A stretch of DNA of 35,726 bases. Origin: an uncultured Ruminococcus sp. GTDB taxonomy: Bacteria > Bacillota > Clostridia > Oscillospirales > CAG-272. A program made the position numbers and the translations under genes. The DNA is taken from assembly GCA_902765885.1 (NCBI GenBank), contig CACXBN010000186.1, forward strand, positions 1-35,726. Reading direction: 5' to 3'. Shown one piece after another: positions 8,423 to 17,704 of this stretch. Position 1 is the first letter of the stretch. Each line of letters opens with the position of its first letter. The notes under the pieces are model-generated. The model had not been told where the DNA came from. It worked only from the letters and a program-made list of their open reading frames with translations, and ran no database searches.

Positions 8423-10288
8423 ATGGCATATTTGGAAAACATAAATACACCTGATGACATCAAGCGTCTGAACACAGAGGAGCTCGAGGTCCTGGCTGAG
8501 GAAATCAGAGAGAAGATAATAGAGACAGTTGCGGCAAACGGAGGTCACCTTGCTTCCAATCTCGGCATAACGGATGTAACTGTTGCTCTGCATAAATCAT
8601 TCTCATGCCCGGATGACAGTCTCATTTTTGATGTCGGCCATCAGGCATATGCTCACAAGCTGATAACCGGAAGATATAATGATTTTAAAACACTTCGAAA
8701 AGCCGGAGGCGTGACAGGGTTTACTAACAGAGATGAAAGCAAATACGATTTTGCGACATCAGGCCACTGCGGAACGTCTCTTTCAATGGCAATAGGCGTT
8801 GCCGAAGCCAATAAGCTTGCCGGATCCGAAAACTGGGCAGTGGCTGTAATAGGCGACGGATCGCTGACAAACGGAATGGTCTATGAGGGACTTGAACAGC
8901 TGAAGGATAAGAATCTCAGAGTGATGGTTATTCTCAATGACAACGAAATGTCCATTTCAAAAAATGTCGGCGGAATATCACAGTATCTTTCAAAAATAAG
9001 GACCAGCGAAGGGTATTTCGGCTTTAAACTGGGACTCAAAAAATTCTTTTCAAAAGTTCCTCTTATAGGAAAAGGACTTATAAAAATCGCCACCAGCATA
9101 AAAGAGTTTATAAAGAGACTGTTCGGAGCACAGACCATATTTGAAAAACTCGGACTTGAGTATATAGGCCCCGTGGACGGAAACGATCTAAAAAAACTTC
9201 TGGCGGTGATTGAAGAGGCTAAACAGAAAAAATGTCCCGTTTTGGTCCATGTTAAAACCATAAAGGGACTTGGTTATGGACCTGCTGAAGTCAACCCCGA
9301 AAAATATCACAGTACGGGTGGATTTGAAATAGACAGCAAATCGGAAACACGACCTGTGAGACCGAAAACTTTCACAAATGCTGTTTCCGAACTCATAACA
9401 GCCGAGGCTGGAACAGATGAAAGAATAGCGGCAATAACTGCTGCGATGTCAAGCGGATGCGGCCTCGGATCCTTTGAAAAAGAGAATCCCGAAAGATTTT
9501 TTGATGTGGGAATCGCCGAGGAGCATGCCGTGACATATGCTGCAGGACTTGCGATGGGAAGTCATGGAAGAATTATCCCGTTCCTTTTCATGTATTCCAC
9601 TTTTACTCAGCGTGTGTTTGATCAGCTGTGGCATGACATCGGTCTTCAGATAACGGAAAAAAATGACTGCCATATCGTTTTTATGGTCAGTCATGCAGGG
9701 CTGATAGAAGGAGACGGCGTCACCCATCAGGGAATATACGACCTTTCACTCATATCAATGGTGAACGGAACCACCATTTATTCTCCTGACAATTTTGAAG
9801 CGCTTAACAGGTCTTTCAGAGATTCGCTTTCAGGTAAAGGCTTATGTGTAATAAGATATCCGAAGGGAACGGAAGCGGAGTACAAACATACGGTGTTTGA
9901 AGACCATGACACATGGAAAGTCAGCACAACGGGTGAAAAATCCGGTACGGTAGTCATCACATACGGAAGAATATCCGAAAATGTAGCACAGGCATGTGAT
10001 AAGTGCGGATGCAAAACTGTTGTTTTGCGCCGACTCAAGCCGCTTCCGGACGATGAGACATTTATTGAACTGGTTAAAGGATCGAAAAAGCTTATTGTGA
10101 TAGAAGAGGTCATTCGCCGCGGAGGACTTGGCGATTATTTCCTCGAATCATATAGTGAGAAAAATATCAGTGTGAAAGCGATTGACGATACATTTGTTCC
10201 CAGCGGGGACTTGAACAGTCTGTATAAACACTGCGGACTGGATGTAGAATCGCTGTCCGGCTGGATAGGTAAATGCATGAGGGAATAG
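8423..10288 (+). CDS. dxs: 1-deoxy-D-xylulose-5-phosphate synthase
   Basis: GGHLASNLGITDVTVALH, DVGHQAYAHKLITGR and the thiamine-diphosphate motif GDGSLTNGMVYEGL...NDN. 621 aa. Confidence 0.95.
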   Translation: MAYLENINTPDDIKRLNTEELEVLAEEIREKIIETVAANGGHLASNLGITDVTVALHKSFSCPDDSLIFDVGHQAYAHKLITGRYNDFKTLRKAGGVTGFTNRDESKYDFATSGHCGTSLSMAIGVAEANKLAGSENWAVAVIGDGSLTNGMVYEGLEQLKDKNLRVMVILNDNEMSISKNVGGISQYLSKIRTSEGYFGFKLGLKKFFSKVPLIGKGLIKIATSIKEFIKRLFGAQTIFEKLGLEYIGPVDGNDLKKLLAVIEEAKQKKCPVLVHVKTIKGLGYGPAEVNPEKYHSTGGFEIDSKSETRPVRPKTFTNAVSELITAEAGTDERIAAITAAMSSGCGLGSFEKENPERFFDVGIAEEHAVTYAAGLAMGSHGRIIPFLFMYSTFTQRVFDQLWHDIGLQITEKNDCHIVFMVSHAGLIEGDGVTHQGIYDLSLISMVNGTTIYSPDNFEALNRSFRDSLSGKGLCVIRYPKGTEAEYKHTVFEDHDTWKVSTTGEKSGTVVITYGRISENVAQACDKCGCKTVVLRRLKPLPDDETFIELVKGSKKLIVIEEVIRRGGLGDYFLESYSEKNISVKAIDDTFVPSGDLNSLYKHCGLDVESLSGWIGKCMRE

Positions 10289-10307
10289 ATTATACAGCGG
10301 GGAAACA

Positions 10308-10973
10308 ATGGATAATATTGAAGCAATTAAATTGAGACATTCGGTAAGAGACTATTCGGACAAGCCCGTTGAGGGAGAAACTCTTCTTGAGCTTGCCACG
10401 ATTATTGATGAATGCAACAAGGTGAGCGGGCTGCACCTTCAGCTTGTCAGGAATGAACCTAAGGCATTTGATTCCGCCCTTGCTCATTATGGCAAATTCA
10501 GCGGAGTATGCAATTACATAGCACTTGTCGGGCGTTCTATGCCTGAATATGCAGAGAAGTGCGGATATTACGGAGAAAAGATAGTAATAGAAGCTCAGAA
10601 AATGGGACTCAACACCTGCTGGGTGGCGCTGACTTTCAAAAAGATGCCGAATGCATACAAAATCAGAGCAGGTGAAAAACTATACGGCGTAATTGCGGTA
10701 GGATACGGTAATTCCAGCGGGTGGCCGCATCGTTCAAAAAAAGCCGAAAAGGTAAGCAATCTCAATGATGATTCACCGGAATGGTTCAAGAAGGGTGTTG
10801 AAGCTGCTCTTCTGGCACCGACTGCGATGAATCAGCAAAAATTCCGTCTGACGCTAATCGGTAACAAGGTTGAGGCGAGAGCGGGTTTCGGTCCGTACTC
10901 AACGGTCGATCTCGGAATAGTGAAGTATCACTTTGAGCTCGGATCCGGCAAAGGCCGTGAAGTTTGGAGATGA
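10308..10973 (+). CDS. Nitroreductase-family (FMN-dependent) oxidoreductase
   Basis: N-terminal IEAIKLRHSVRDYSDKPV is the typical nitroreductase R-x-S-x-R motif region. The ~220 aa size fits the family. Confidence 0.8.
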   Translation: MDNIEAIKLRHSVRDYSDKPVEGETLLELATIIDECNKVSGLHLQLVRNEPKAFDSALAHYGKFSGVCNYIALVGRSMPEYAEKCGYYGEKIVIEAQKMGLNTCWVALTFKKMPNAYKIRAGEKLYGVIAVGYGNSSGWPHRSKKAEKVSNLNDDSPEWFKKGVEAALLAPTAMNQQKFRLTLIGNKVEARAGFGPYSTVDLGIVKYHFELGSGKGREVWR

Positions 10974-10974
10974 A

Positions 10975-11003
10975 ATAAAAAAACCGACACACTGTGGTGT
11001 CGG
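10975..11003 (-). terminator. Intrinsic terminator of tRNA-Arg; the hairpin also abuts the nitroreductase stop
   Basis: CCGACAC (10984-10990) / GTGTCGG (10997-11003). On the minus strand the hairpin is followed by TTTTTTTATTT, the complement of the A-run at 10973-10983. Confidence 0.7.
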
Positions 11004-11011
11004 TAAGATGA

Positions 11012-11084
11012 CGCGCCATACAGGATTCGAACCTGTGGCCTACCGGTTCGTAGCCGGGCACTCTATCCGCTGAGCTAATGGCGC
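11012..11084 (-). tRNA. tRNA-Arg (anticodon ACG), 73 nt, CCA not encoded
   Basis: Hand-folded cloverleaf: acceptor GCGCCAT/ATGGCGC, D arm GCTC..GAGT, anticodon loop CTACGAA, T arm ACAGG-TTCGAAT-CCTGT, discriminator G followed by TCA. There is one C27-U43 mismatch at the top of the anticodon stem. Confidence 0.9.
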
Positions 11085-11103
11085 ATCTTTTGTCAGCGGG
11101 AAT

Positions 11104-11132
11104 ATAATATCACAACCGGTTGCCTTTGTCAA
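11104..11132 (-). promoter_or_regulatory. Sigma-A promoter for tRNA-Arg
   Basis: On the minus strand: TTGACA (11132-11127), 17-nt spacer, extended -10 TGaTATTAT (TATTAT at 11109-11104), about 20 nt upstream of the mature tRNA 5' end. Confidence 0.65.
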
Positions 11133-11267
11133 TAAGAATAACAAAAAACATGGCGACCATTAATGTGCTGCATGTGCTGCGGATGATATATTTAGCACCA
11201 TGCGGAAATAGGATTTGATGCATATAACAGCATATCTTTCGAAATGGAATACCGACGGAGGGGAAAG

Positions 11268-14200
11268 TTGTTTACATATAAAGCCGGAGTCGATATCGGC
11301 TCTACCACGATAAAACTCGTAATTCTTGATGAGAAAAACAAACTGATATTCGGAGAATACAGACGCCATTTTGCCCACATTCAGGAAACCTTCACGGAAC
11401 TGCTGAAGGAAGCCAGGGATAAATTCGGCGAATGTGCACTGACTATGATGATTACCGGGTCAGGCTCCATTAATCTCGGAAAGGCTCTGGGAATTCAGTT
11501 TATACAGGAAGTCGCTGCAGTGTCTGAGGCTCTCAAAAAGACAGCTCCGCAGACCGACGTTGCAATAGAGCTTGGCGGCGAAGATGCCAAAATCATATAT
11601 TTTGACGGTGTTAATGTTGAAGAGCGCATGAACGGTGTGTGTGCCGGGGGTACGGGATCTTTTATAGATCAGATGGCGGCTCTTCTTCAGACGGACGCAG
11701 AAGGACTGAATAAAGCAGCCGAGAACTATACGAAAATATACCCTATCGCTGCACGCTGCGGCGTTTTCGCTAAGACTGATATACAGCCGCTTATAAACGA
11801 GGGTGCTGAGACGTCAAATCTTGCGGCCTCTGTTTTTCAGGCTGTTGTGAGCCAGACAATATCAGGACTCGCATGCGGGAGACCGATAAGAGGATGCGTC
11901 GCATTTTTAGGCGGACCACTTCATTTTTTACCGGAACTGAAAAAAGCCTTTATAAGAACACTCGGATTAACCGAAGAGAACATAGTCGATCCGGAAAACT
12001 CGCATTTGTTTGCCGCAATGGGCGCTGCAATGGAGTCTGTCGAGAGTGAAAAAACAGAAATATCCGCTCTCATTTCAAGACTTGAGAGCGGCATTTCAAT
12101 GCAGTTTGAAATTAACAGACTGTCGCCGCTTTTTGAGTCAGACGAAGAATATGATGAATTCGTTTCAAGGCATGAAAAATCCGTAGTGAAAAAAGGCATA
12201 CTCTCGGATTATTCTGGAAACTGCTTTCTCGGCATAGATGCCGGATCAACCACCACGAAGCTTGCGCTTATCGGAGAAGAAGGAGAGCTACTCTATTCTT
12301 TTTATACAAGCAACATGGGCAATCCCGTAAAGACAACAATGAAGGCCCTTGCGGAACTGCGTGACATGATGCCGAAAGGAGCCGTTATAGCGAGAGCCTG
12401 TTCGACAGGATACGGAGAAGCACTTCTGAAGACGGCATTCGCGCTTGACGAAGGTGAAGTCGAAACAGTGGCGCACTGTACGGCCGCATCATTTTTTGAA
12501 CCCGAAGTTGACTGCGTGCTTGACATCGGCGGTCAGGACATGAAGTGCATAAGACTGAAGAACGGTGTCGTCGACAATATAATGCTCAATGAAGCATGCT
12601 CATCCGGATGCGGTTCTTTTATAGAAAATTTTGCAGTTTCTCTGGGCTATACTGCCGAAGAATTTGCGGCTCAGGCGCTTCTTGCAAAGCATCCCGTCGA
12701 TCTTGGCACAAGATGCACGGTATTCATGAATTCAAATGTGAAGCAGGCACAGAAGGAAGGAGCAACCGTTCCGGACATTTCTGCAGGACTTGCCTATTCG
12801 GTAATAAAGAATGCACTGTTTAAAGTCATCAAGCTGGGGACAGCCGAGGAACTCGGAAAGAAGATTGTGGTTCAGGGAGGCACGTTCCATAACAGGGCGG
12901 TTTTGAGAGCATTTGAAAAAATTGCCGGAGTCGATGTGGTATGCCCGGACATATCGGGAATCATGGGTGCTTTCGGTGCAGCGCTTCTCGCTCGCGGCAA
13001 CTATGACGGCCGTGAATCGTCTATGCTTCCTCTCGACGACATTGAGAACCTGAAATATGAATCCACATCTGCCAGATGCGGCAGATGTTCCAACAACTGC
13101 ATGCTGACGGTAAGCACGTTTCCCGGAGTCAACGGAGAAAAATCCAGACGGTATATTTCAGGAAACAGATGTGAGAGGCCGCTGGGAGGAGACTCAAAAA
13201 CCAAGGCTCCGAACATGGTTGAATATAAACTGAAAAGAATTTTCGATTATGAACCCCTGAAGGAGGGAGAAGCAAAAAGAGGTATCATAGGAATACCCAG
13301 AGTTCTCAACATATATGAAAACTATCCTTTCTGGGCGACGTTTTTTAAAGAACTCGGCTTCAGAGTCGTTTTGTCTCCCCTTTCCGGAAGAAAAATATAT
13401 GAGCTTGGAATGGAATCGATTCCGTCAGAGTCTGAATGCTATCCTGCCAAGCTTGCTCACGGACATGTCCAGTGGCTGATAAACAATGGAATTGAAACGA
13501 TCTTTCATCCATGTGTTTTCTATGAAAAACAGGAAACCAAAGGTGCTCAGAATCATTTCAATTGTCCTATCGTTGTGTCCTATCCGGAAAACTTAAAAAA
13601 CAATGTTGAAGCAGTTGCTGACGGCAATGTCAGATACATCAGACCTTTCATGGCATTCACAGACAAAAAAACCGTGAAAAACAGGATGAGGGAACTGTGC
13701 GTCAAGGAATGGAATATAGATTCCCGAGAAACTGACAGGGCCGTGGACTTGGCATGGAATGAGCAGATAAAGGCAAAAGATGATATAAGGCATAAGGGCA
13801 GAGAACTGCTTGATAAGATGACAGCAGACGGAAGCCGCGGGGTTGTTCTTGTAGGAAGACCGTATCATGTCGACCCTGAAATTAATCACGGAATTCCCGA
13901 AATGATAGCATCTTATGGCCTGACCGTCTTCACTGAGGACAGCATCCCCGTCGATTTTGAACCTTCAAGACCGCTCAGAGCTAATGACCAGTGGGTCTAC
14001 CATTCAAGGATGTATACTGCTGCTGAATTCGTAACAAAGAGAAATGATCTTGAGCTCATACAGCTCAATTCATTCGGATGCGGTCTGGATGCGGTAACAA
14101 CGGACCAGGTGAATGAGATCCTTTCAAAAAGCGGAAAACTCTATACTCTTTTGAAAATAGATGAGGTTAATAACCTTGGGGCTGCAAGAATAAGGATAAG

Positions 14201-15566
14201 AAGCCTCTTATCGGCAATGAATACCAGAAAAGAAAACGGAATCGTCGCCGAAACTGTCAGCAGGCCCTATGAAAGAGCGGAGTTCACAAAGGAAATGAAA
14301 GAGGAAGGTTACACCATTCTTGCTCCTCAGATGAGTCCGATACATTTTGACATACTCGAACCAGCCTTCAAGAAGCACGGATATAATGTCGTCATACTTG
14401 ATAATTCCAACCGCAACGCGATTGACACCGGGCTGAAGTTTGTAAATAATGATGCATGTTTCCCTTCAATAACCGTTGTGGGACAGATAATGGATGCCGT
14501 ACTGTCCGGAAAATACAATACTGACAGACTGGCAATAATGATGACACAGACCGGAGGCTGCTGCAGGGCAAGCAATTATGTCGGTTTTATCAGAAGAGCT
14601 CTGGAAAAAGTAAATCTTACACACATTCCCGTGATTTCTCTGAACATGAACGGAATGGAGAAAAACCCTGGATTCAAACTGACTCCCGGCATGATCATCG
14701 ACGGGGCGAAAGCGGTTGTTTACGGTGACCTCATCATGAGATGCCTTTATCGGGTAAGACCGTACGAAAAGACCAAAGGTTCCGCGGAAGAGCTCCATGA
14801 CAAGTGGACAAAAATCTGCATAGATTCCATAGTCAATCCCGATACCAAATACAAATACGGTAAAATCTGCAGGGGGATAGTAAAGGATTTTGACAATCTC
14901 CCCATAGACGAAAAACTGGTCAAACCCAGAGTGGGGATCGTAGGGGAGATATTAGTTAAATATATGCCTCTTGCCAACAACAATCTTGTGAAAGTCCTTG
15001 AAAGAGAAGGGGCAGAGGTGGTTGTTCCTGATCTTCTGGATTTTATGAACTACAGCATATACAATAATTACTACAAGCACAGATACCTTGGAAAAAGCTG
15101 GATCTTTTCGGCTGTTGCCGCTGTAGGCATCAGGGCCATAGACAGTATAAGAAAAGCAGCGGTTGATGCACTTAATCTGAGCAGAAGATTTGCGTCTCCG
15201 AAGCCAATAGCGGAAAAAGCTGAACTAGCCAAACCGATTCTGTCTCTCGGAAATCAGTACGGAGAAGGATGGTTCCTTACAGGAGAAATGGCGGAGCTTC
15301 TGACATCTGATGTTCCCAATATTGTATGCATACAGCCGTTCGGTTGTCTTCCAAACCATGTTGTAGGAAAAGGTGTCATAAAGGCCCTCAGAAAAACATA
15401 TCCACAGGCGAATATCGTAGCCGTGGATTATGATCCAGGCGCAAGCGAGGTCAACCAGCTTAACAGAATCAAGCTGATGCTCTCTTCAGCTAAAAAAAGC
15501 ATCAGGGAGAAAATGGAAAAATGCTCGGATCCGTATGGAAAGCACCTTGAACCCGATTTGACATAG
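11268..15566 (+). CDS. Fused double BcrAD/BadFG-type activase ATPase plus CoA-enzyme-activase (DUF2229-like) and HgdB/BcrC-like dehydratase-component domains
   Basis: Two ASKHA ATPase modules, VDIGSTTIK...ELGGEDAK...CAGGTGSF...RCGVFAKTD and IDAGSTTTK...DIGGQDMK...CSSGCGSF...RCTVFMNSN. A CxxCxxxC...C linker follows, then IGIPRVLNIYENYPFWATFFKELGF, GRPYHVDPEINHGIP and QPFGCLPNH. The ORF opens at ATG 11244 without an SD. TTG 11268 lies 6 nt after GGAGG (11257-11261) and is the preferred start. Confidence 0.85.
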   Translation: MFTYKAGVDIGSTTIKLVILDEKNKLIFGEYRRHFAHIQETFTELLKEARDKFGECALTMMITGSGSINLGKALGIQFIQEVAAVSEALKKTAPQTDVAIELGGEDAKIIYFDGVNVEERMNGVCAGGTGSFIDQMAALLQTDAEGLNKAAENYTKIYPIAARCGVFAKTDIQPLINEGAETSNLAASVFQAVVSQTISGLACGRPIRGCVAFLGGPLHFLPELKKAFIRTLGLTEENIVDPENSHLFAAMGAAMESVESEKTEISALISRLESGISMQFEINRLSPLFESDEEYDEFVSRHEKSVVKKGILSDYSGNCFLGIDAGSTTTKLALIGEEGELLYSFYTSNMGNPVKTTMKALAELRDMMPKGAVIARACSTGYGEALLKTAFALDEGEVETVAHCTAASFFEPEVDCVLDIGGQDMKCIRLKNGVVDNIMLNEACSSGCGSFIENFAVSLGYTAEEFAAQALLAKHPVDLGTRCTVFMNSNVKQAQKEGATVPDISAGLAYSVIKNALFKVIKLGTAEELGKKIVVQGGTFHNRAVLRAFEKIAGVDVVCPDISGIMGAFGAALLARGNYDGRESSMLPLDDIENLKYESTSARCGRCSNNCMLTVSTFPGVNGEKSRRYISGNRCERPLGGDSKTKAPNMVEYKLKRIFDYEPLKEGEAKRGIIGIPRVLNIYENYPFWATFFKELGFRVVLSPLSGRKIYELGMESIPSESECYPAKLAHGHVQWLINNGIETIFHPCVFYEKQETKGAQNHFNCPIVVSYPENLKNNVEAVADGNVRYIRPFMAFTDKKTVKNRMRELCVKEWNIDSRETDRAVDLAWNEQIKAKDDIRHKGRELLDKMTADGSRGVVLVGRPYHVDPEINHGIPEMIASYGLTVFTEDSIPVDFEPSRPLRANDQWVYHSRMYTAAEFVTKRNDLELIQLNSFGCGLDAVTTDQVNEILSKSGKLYTLLKIDEVNNLGAARIRIRSLLSAMNTRKENGIVAETVSRPYERAEFTKEMKEEGYTILAPQMSPIHFDILEPAFKKHGYNVVILDNSNRNAIDTGLKFVNNDACFPSITVVGQIMDAVLSGKYNTDRLAIMMTQTGGCCRASNYVGFIRRALEKVNLTHIPVISLNMNGMEKNPGFKLTPGMIIDGAKAVVYGDLIMRCLYRVRPYEKTKGSAEELHDKWTKICIDSIVNPDTKYKYGKICRGIVKDFDNLPIDEKLVKPRVGIVGEILVKYMPLANNNLVKVLEREGAEVVVPDLLDFMNYSIYNNYYKHRYLGKSWIFSAVAAVGIRAIDSIRKAAVDALNLSRRFASPKPIAEKAELAKPILSLGNQYGEGWFLTGEMAELLTSDVPNIVCIQPFGCLPNHVVGKGVIKALRKTYPQANIVAVDYDPGASEVNQLNRIKLMLSSAKKSIREKMEKCSDPYGKHLEPDLT

Positions 15567-15584
15567 AGAGGTGCGGAAACAAGA

Positions 15585-16238
15585 GTGAAAACACACTACC
15601 TGAGGAAAAGAAACAGCATTAATGTATTGATCCAGATCATCGACCCTCATGAACTTGAAACGATGGAAGACGAGATTTGTGAGATAGAGAGAAGAGCCGA
15701 AACCGATGATTTTGATTTCATTGCTGTGGAGACGGACAGCTGGAACACGGATCTGTCTCCATGGGAGGCACCGGCTGTGCTTGGAAGCGAAGGATTCGGA
15801 GCCGGAGCCCGAAAAACTCTCGAGTACATAAGAGAAAATGTCGTGCTGCCTATCAATACCGGCGGCAACAAAAACATTATCGTCGGAGGATATTCTCTTG
15901 CAGGTCTCTTTGCGCTCTGGGCTGTATGTGAAACTGACTGCTTTCGCGGAGCAGCGGCAGTGTCGCCGTCAGTATGGTTTCCGGGATTCACGGATTATTT
16001 CAGAAACAAAAAAGTTGAGACCGAAAAAATCTATCTCAGTCTCGGAAAGAGAGAGGAAAATACAAGGAATCAAGTGATGGCAAAAGTGGGGTCTTCCATC
16101 AGAGAAGTATATCAGGCTTTGAATGAGAAAAAAATAAAGTCTGTTCTCGAGTGGAATGAAGGAAACCACTTTACAGAACCGGAAATAAGAACAGCCAGGG
16201 GGTTCTCCTGGCTGATCGGACAAAAAGCAGGCCCGTGA
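15585..16238 (+). CDS. Alpha/beta-hydrolase (esterase-family) protein
   Basis: Nucleophile elbow GGYSLAG (G-x-S-x-G) and a C-terminal His context, EGNHFTEP. 217 aa. GTG start 18 nt after the upstream stop; the start codon is uncertain because the SD is weak. Confidence 0.65.
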   Translation: MKTHYLRKRNSINVLIQIIDPHELETMEDEICEIERRAETDDFDFIAVETDSWNTDLSPWEAPAVLGSEGFGAGARKTLEYIRENVVLPINTGGNKNIIVGGYSLAGLFALWAVCETDCFRGAAAVSPSVWFPGFTDYFRNKKVETEKIYLSLGKREENTRNQVMAKVGSSIREVYQALNEKKIKSVLEWNEGNHFTEPEIRTARGFSWLIGQKAGP

Positions 16239-16253
16239 TCGTCTCACGGGCCT
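16229..16253 (-). terminator. Intrinsic terminator of the flotillin operon, shared by the convergent hydrolase gene
   Basis: AGGCCCGTGA (16229-16238) / TCACGGGCCT (16244-16253), a 10-bp stem. On the minus strand it is followed by GCTTTTTG. The + strand arm contains the hydrolase TGA stop. Confidence 0.7.
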
Positions 16254-16259
16254 TGTCAT

Positions 16260-17669
16260 TTATGCGGATTTCTCGGTATCCGCTTTTTCCTCGGTTTCTT
16301 TTACCTCAGGATTCACCTGAGTTCCCAGAAAGGCCGGAATCTGAATGCCCGCCATCTTCATTGTGTCGCTGAGAGGGGGAATCGCCTTCATCATATTTGA
16401 GAGAAAGTTTGCTGTGGTGGAAGTTTCACCGGAACCACCCATGGAATCCCAGACCGTGATCTTGTCAATCTGAAGGTTCTTGATGGCCTCGACCTGAATC
16501 TTCGTAAGCTCTTCAATCTTGTCAACAAGCATCATCTGGATGGCTGCGCTGGTATCTCCGCCTGCTGCTGCCACTACTTTTGCATAGCCCTCAGCCTGTT
16601 TTTCAAGAATTTCCTGAATACCTCTTGCCTGTGCTTCCATAGTTGCATATATTGCATCTGCTTCACCTTTTGCACGACGTCTTTTCTGCTCAGCCTCAGC
16701 TTCGGCTTCAAGTTCTTTTCTTTCTTTTTCTATCTTTGCTGCAGTGATGATATCTGCCTGTCTGGTTGCAAACTCTCTGTCTGCACGTGCTTTTTCAGCC
16801 TGCTGCTCGGCTGCGTATGCTTCTTCAAGCGCTTTTGCAGATGCTATTTTTTCTGCTGCTGTTGCTCTGCGCTGTGCCTCAGCCTCTTTTTCACGTCTGA
16901 GCGCATTTGACATTGCTACCTGTGCAAGGGATTCGTTTTCACCCTTTATTGCAGTTGCGTTTGACTCTGCGACACTGATCCTCTGGTCTTTGAGCGCACT
17001 TGCCTCGCCTATGGAACCTTCTCTGTTTCTCTCGGCAACTGATTTCTTGGCATCGTTGATAGCCTTTGCCGCAGCCTCTTTTCCAAGAGCCTCTATGTAA
17101 CCTGACTCGTCAGTGATGTCTGTAACATTGACGTTTATCAGTCTGAGACCTATCTTTTTTAGTTCGGTTTCAACATTGTGGGAAACAGCTTCAAGAAATT
17201 TGTCCCTGTCGGTGTTGATCTCTTCAATATCCATAGTAGCTATTACAAGACGGAGCTGTCCGAATATGATGTCTTTTGCTAGCTCCTGGATTTCACCGAG
17301 TTTTAATCCGAGAAGTCTTTCGGCGGCGTTTTGCATGACTCCAGGCTCTACTGAAATACCAACTGTGAATCTGGAAGGAACGTCAACTCTGATATTCTGA
17401 TGAGACAGAGCGTTTGTAAGGTCTACATTGATAGACATCGGGGTAAGATCCAGATATTGATATGACTGAATAACCGGCCATATGAATGCCGCTCCTCCAT
17501 GGATGCATTTTGCGGATCTTGTGGAACCATCGGAATTCGTTCCAACTTTACCATATATGACAAGCACTTTGTCAGAAGGACATCTGCGATATCTTGAGAG
17601 TACCACAAGTATCATTGAAAACACTACAAGTGCAATCACTATGATTGCTATAATTGCTGATTCTGGCAT
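16260..17669 (-). CDS. floT: Flotillin-like SPFH/band-7 protein (FloT/YuaG type)
   Basis: N-terminal membrane anchor IIAIIVIALVVFSMILVVL, an SPFH core, and a long Ala/Glu-rich coiled-coil region (AEAQRRATAAEKIASAKALEEAYAAEQQAEKARADRE...). An NfeD gene lies directly upstream, as in B. subtilis yuaF-floT. Confidence 0.88.
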   Translation of the reverse strand: MPESAIIAIIVIALVVFSMILVVLSRYRRCPSDKVLVIYGKVGTNSDGSTRSAKCIHGGAAFIWPVIQSYQYLDLTPMSINVDLTNALSHQNIRVDVPSRFTVGISVEPGVMQNAAERLLGLKLGEIQELAKDIIFGQLRLVIATMDIEEINTDRDKFLEAVSHNVETELKKIGLRLINVNVTDITDESGYIEALGKEAAAKAINDAKKSVAERNREGSIGEASALKDQRISVAESNATAIKGENESLAQVAMSNALRREKEAEAQRRATAAEKIASAKALEEAYAAEQQAEKARADREFATRQADIITAAKIEKERKELEAEAEAEQKRRRAKGEADAIYATMEAQARGIQEILEKQAEGYAKVVAAAGGDTSAAIQMMLVDKIEELTKIQVEAIKNLQIDKITVWDSMGGSGETSTTANFLSNMMKAIPPLSDTMKMAGIQIPAFLGTQVNPEVKETEEKADTEKSA

Positions 17670-17704
17670 TTTATTGCCCTCCTTTGATTAATATTATATT
17701 TGAT

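Noticed and set aside
11012-11084. tRNA loci (also 30409-30582) as possible integration sites of genomic islands
   Set aside because: No integrase, recombinase or phage genes flank either locus. I found no duplicated tRNA 3'-end sequence. The neighbouring genes share the codon and promoter style of the rest of the window.
11163-11180. Tandem duplication ATGTGCTGC-ATGTGCTGC upstream of the activase fusion gene
   Set aside because: It is only two 9-bp copies with no associated promoter elements or dyad symmetry, so it is most simply a slippage duplication.
16744-17100. 118-aa + strand ORF (Ala/Ser-rich) inside the flotillin gene
   Set aside because: It is the antisense shadow of the Ala/Glu-rich coiled-coil region (GCx/GAA read backwards). 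It has no SD and is low complexity. The minus-strand flotillin frame has clear homology features.
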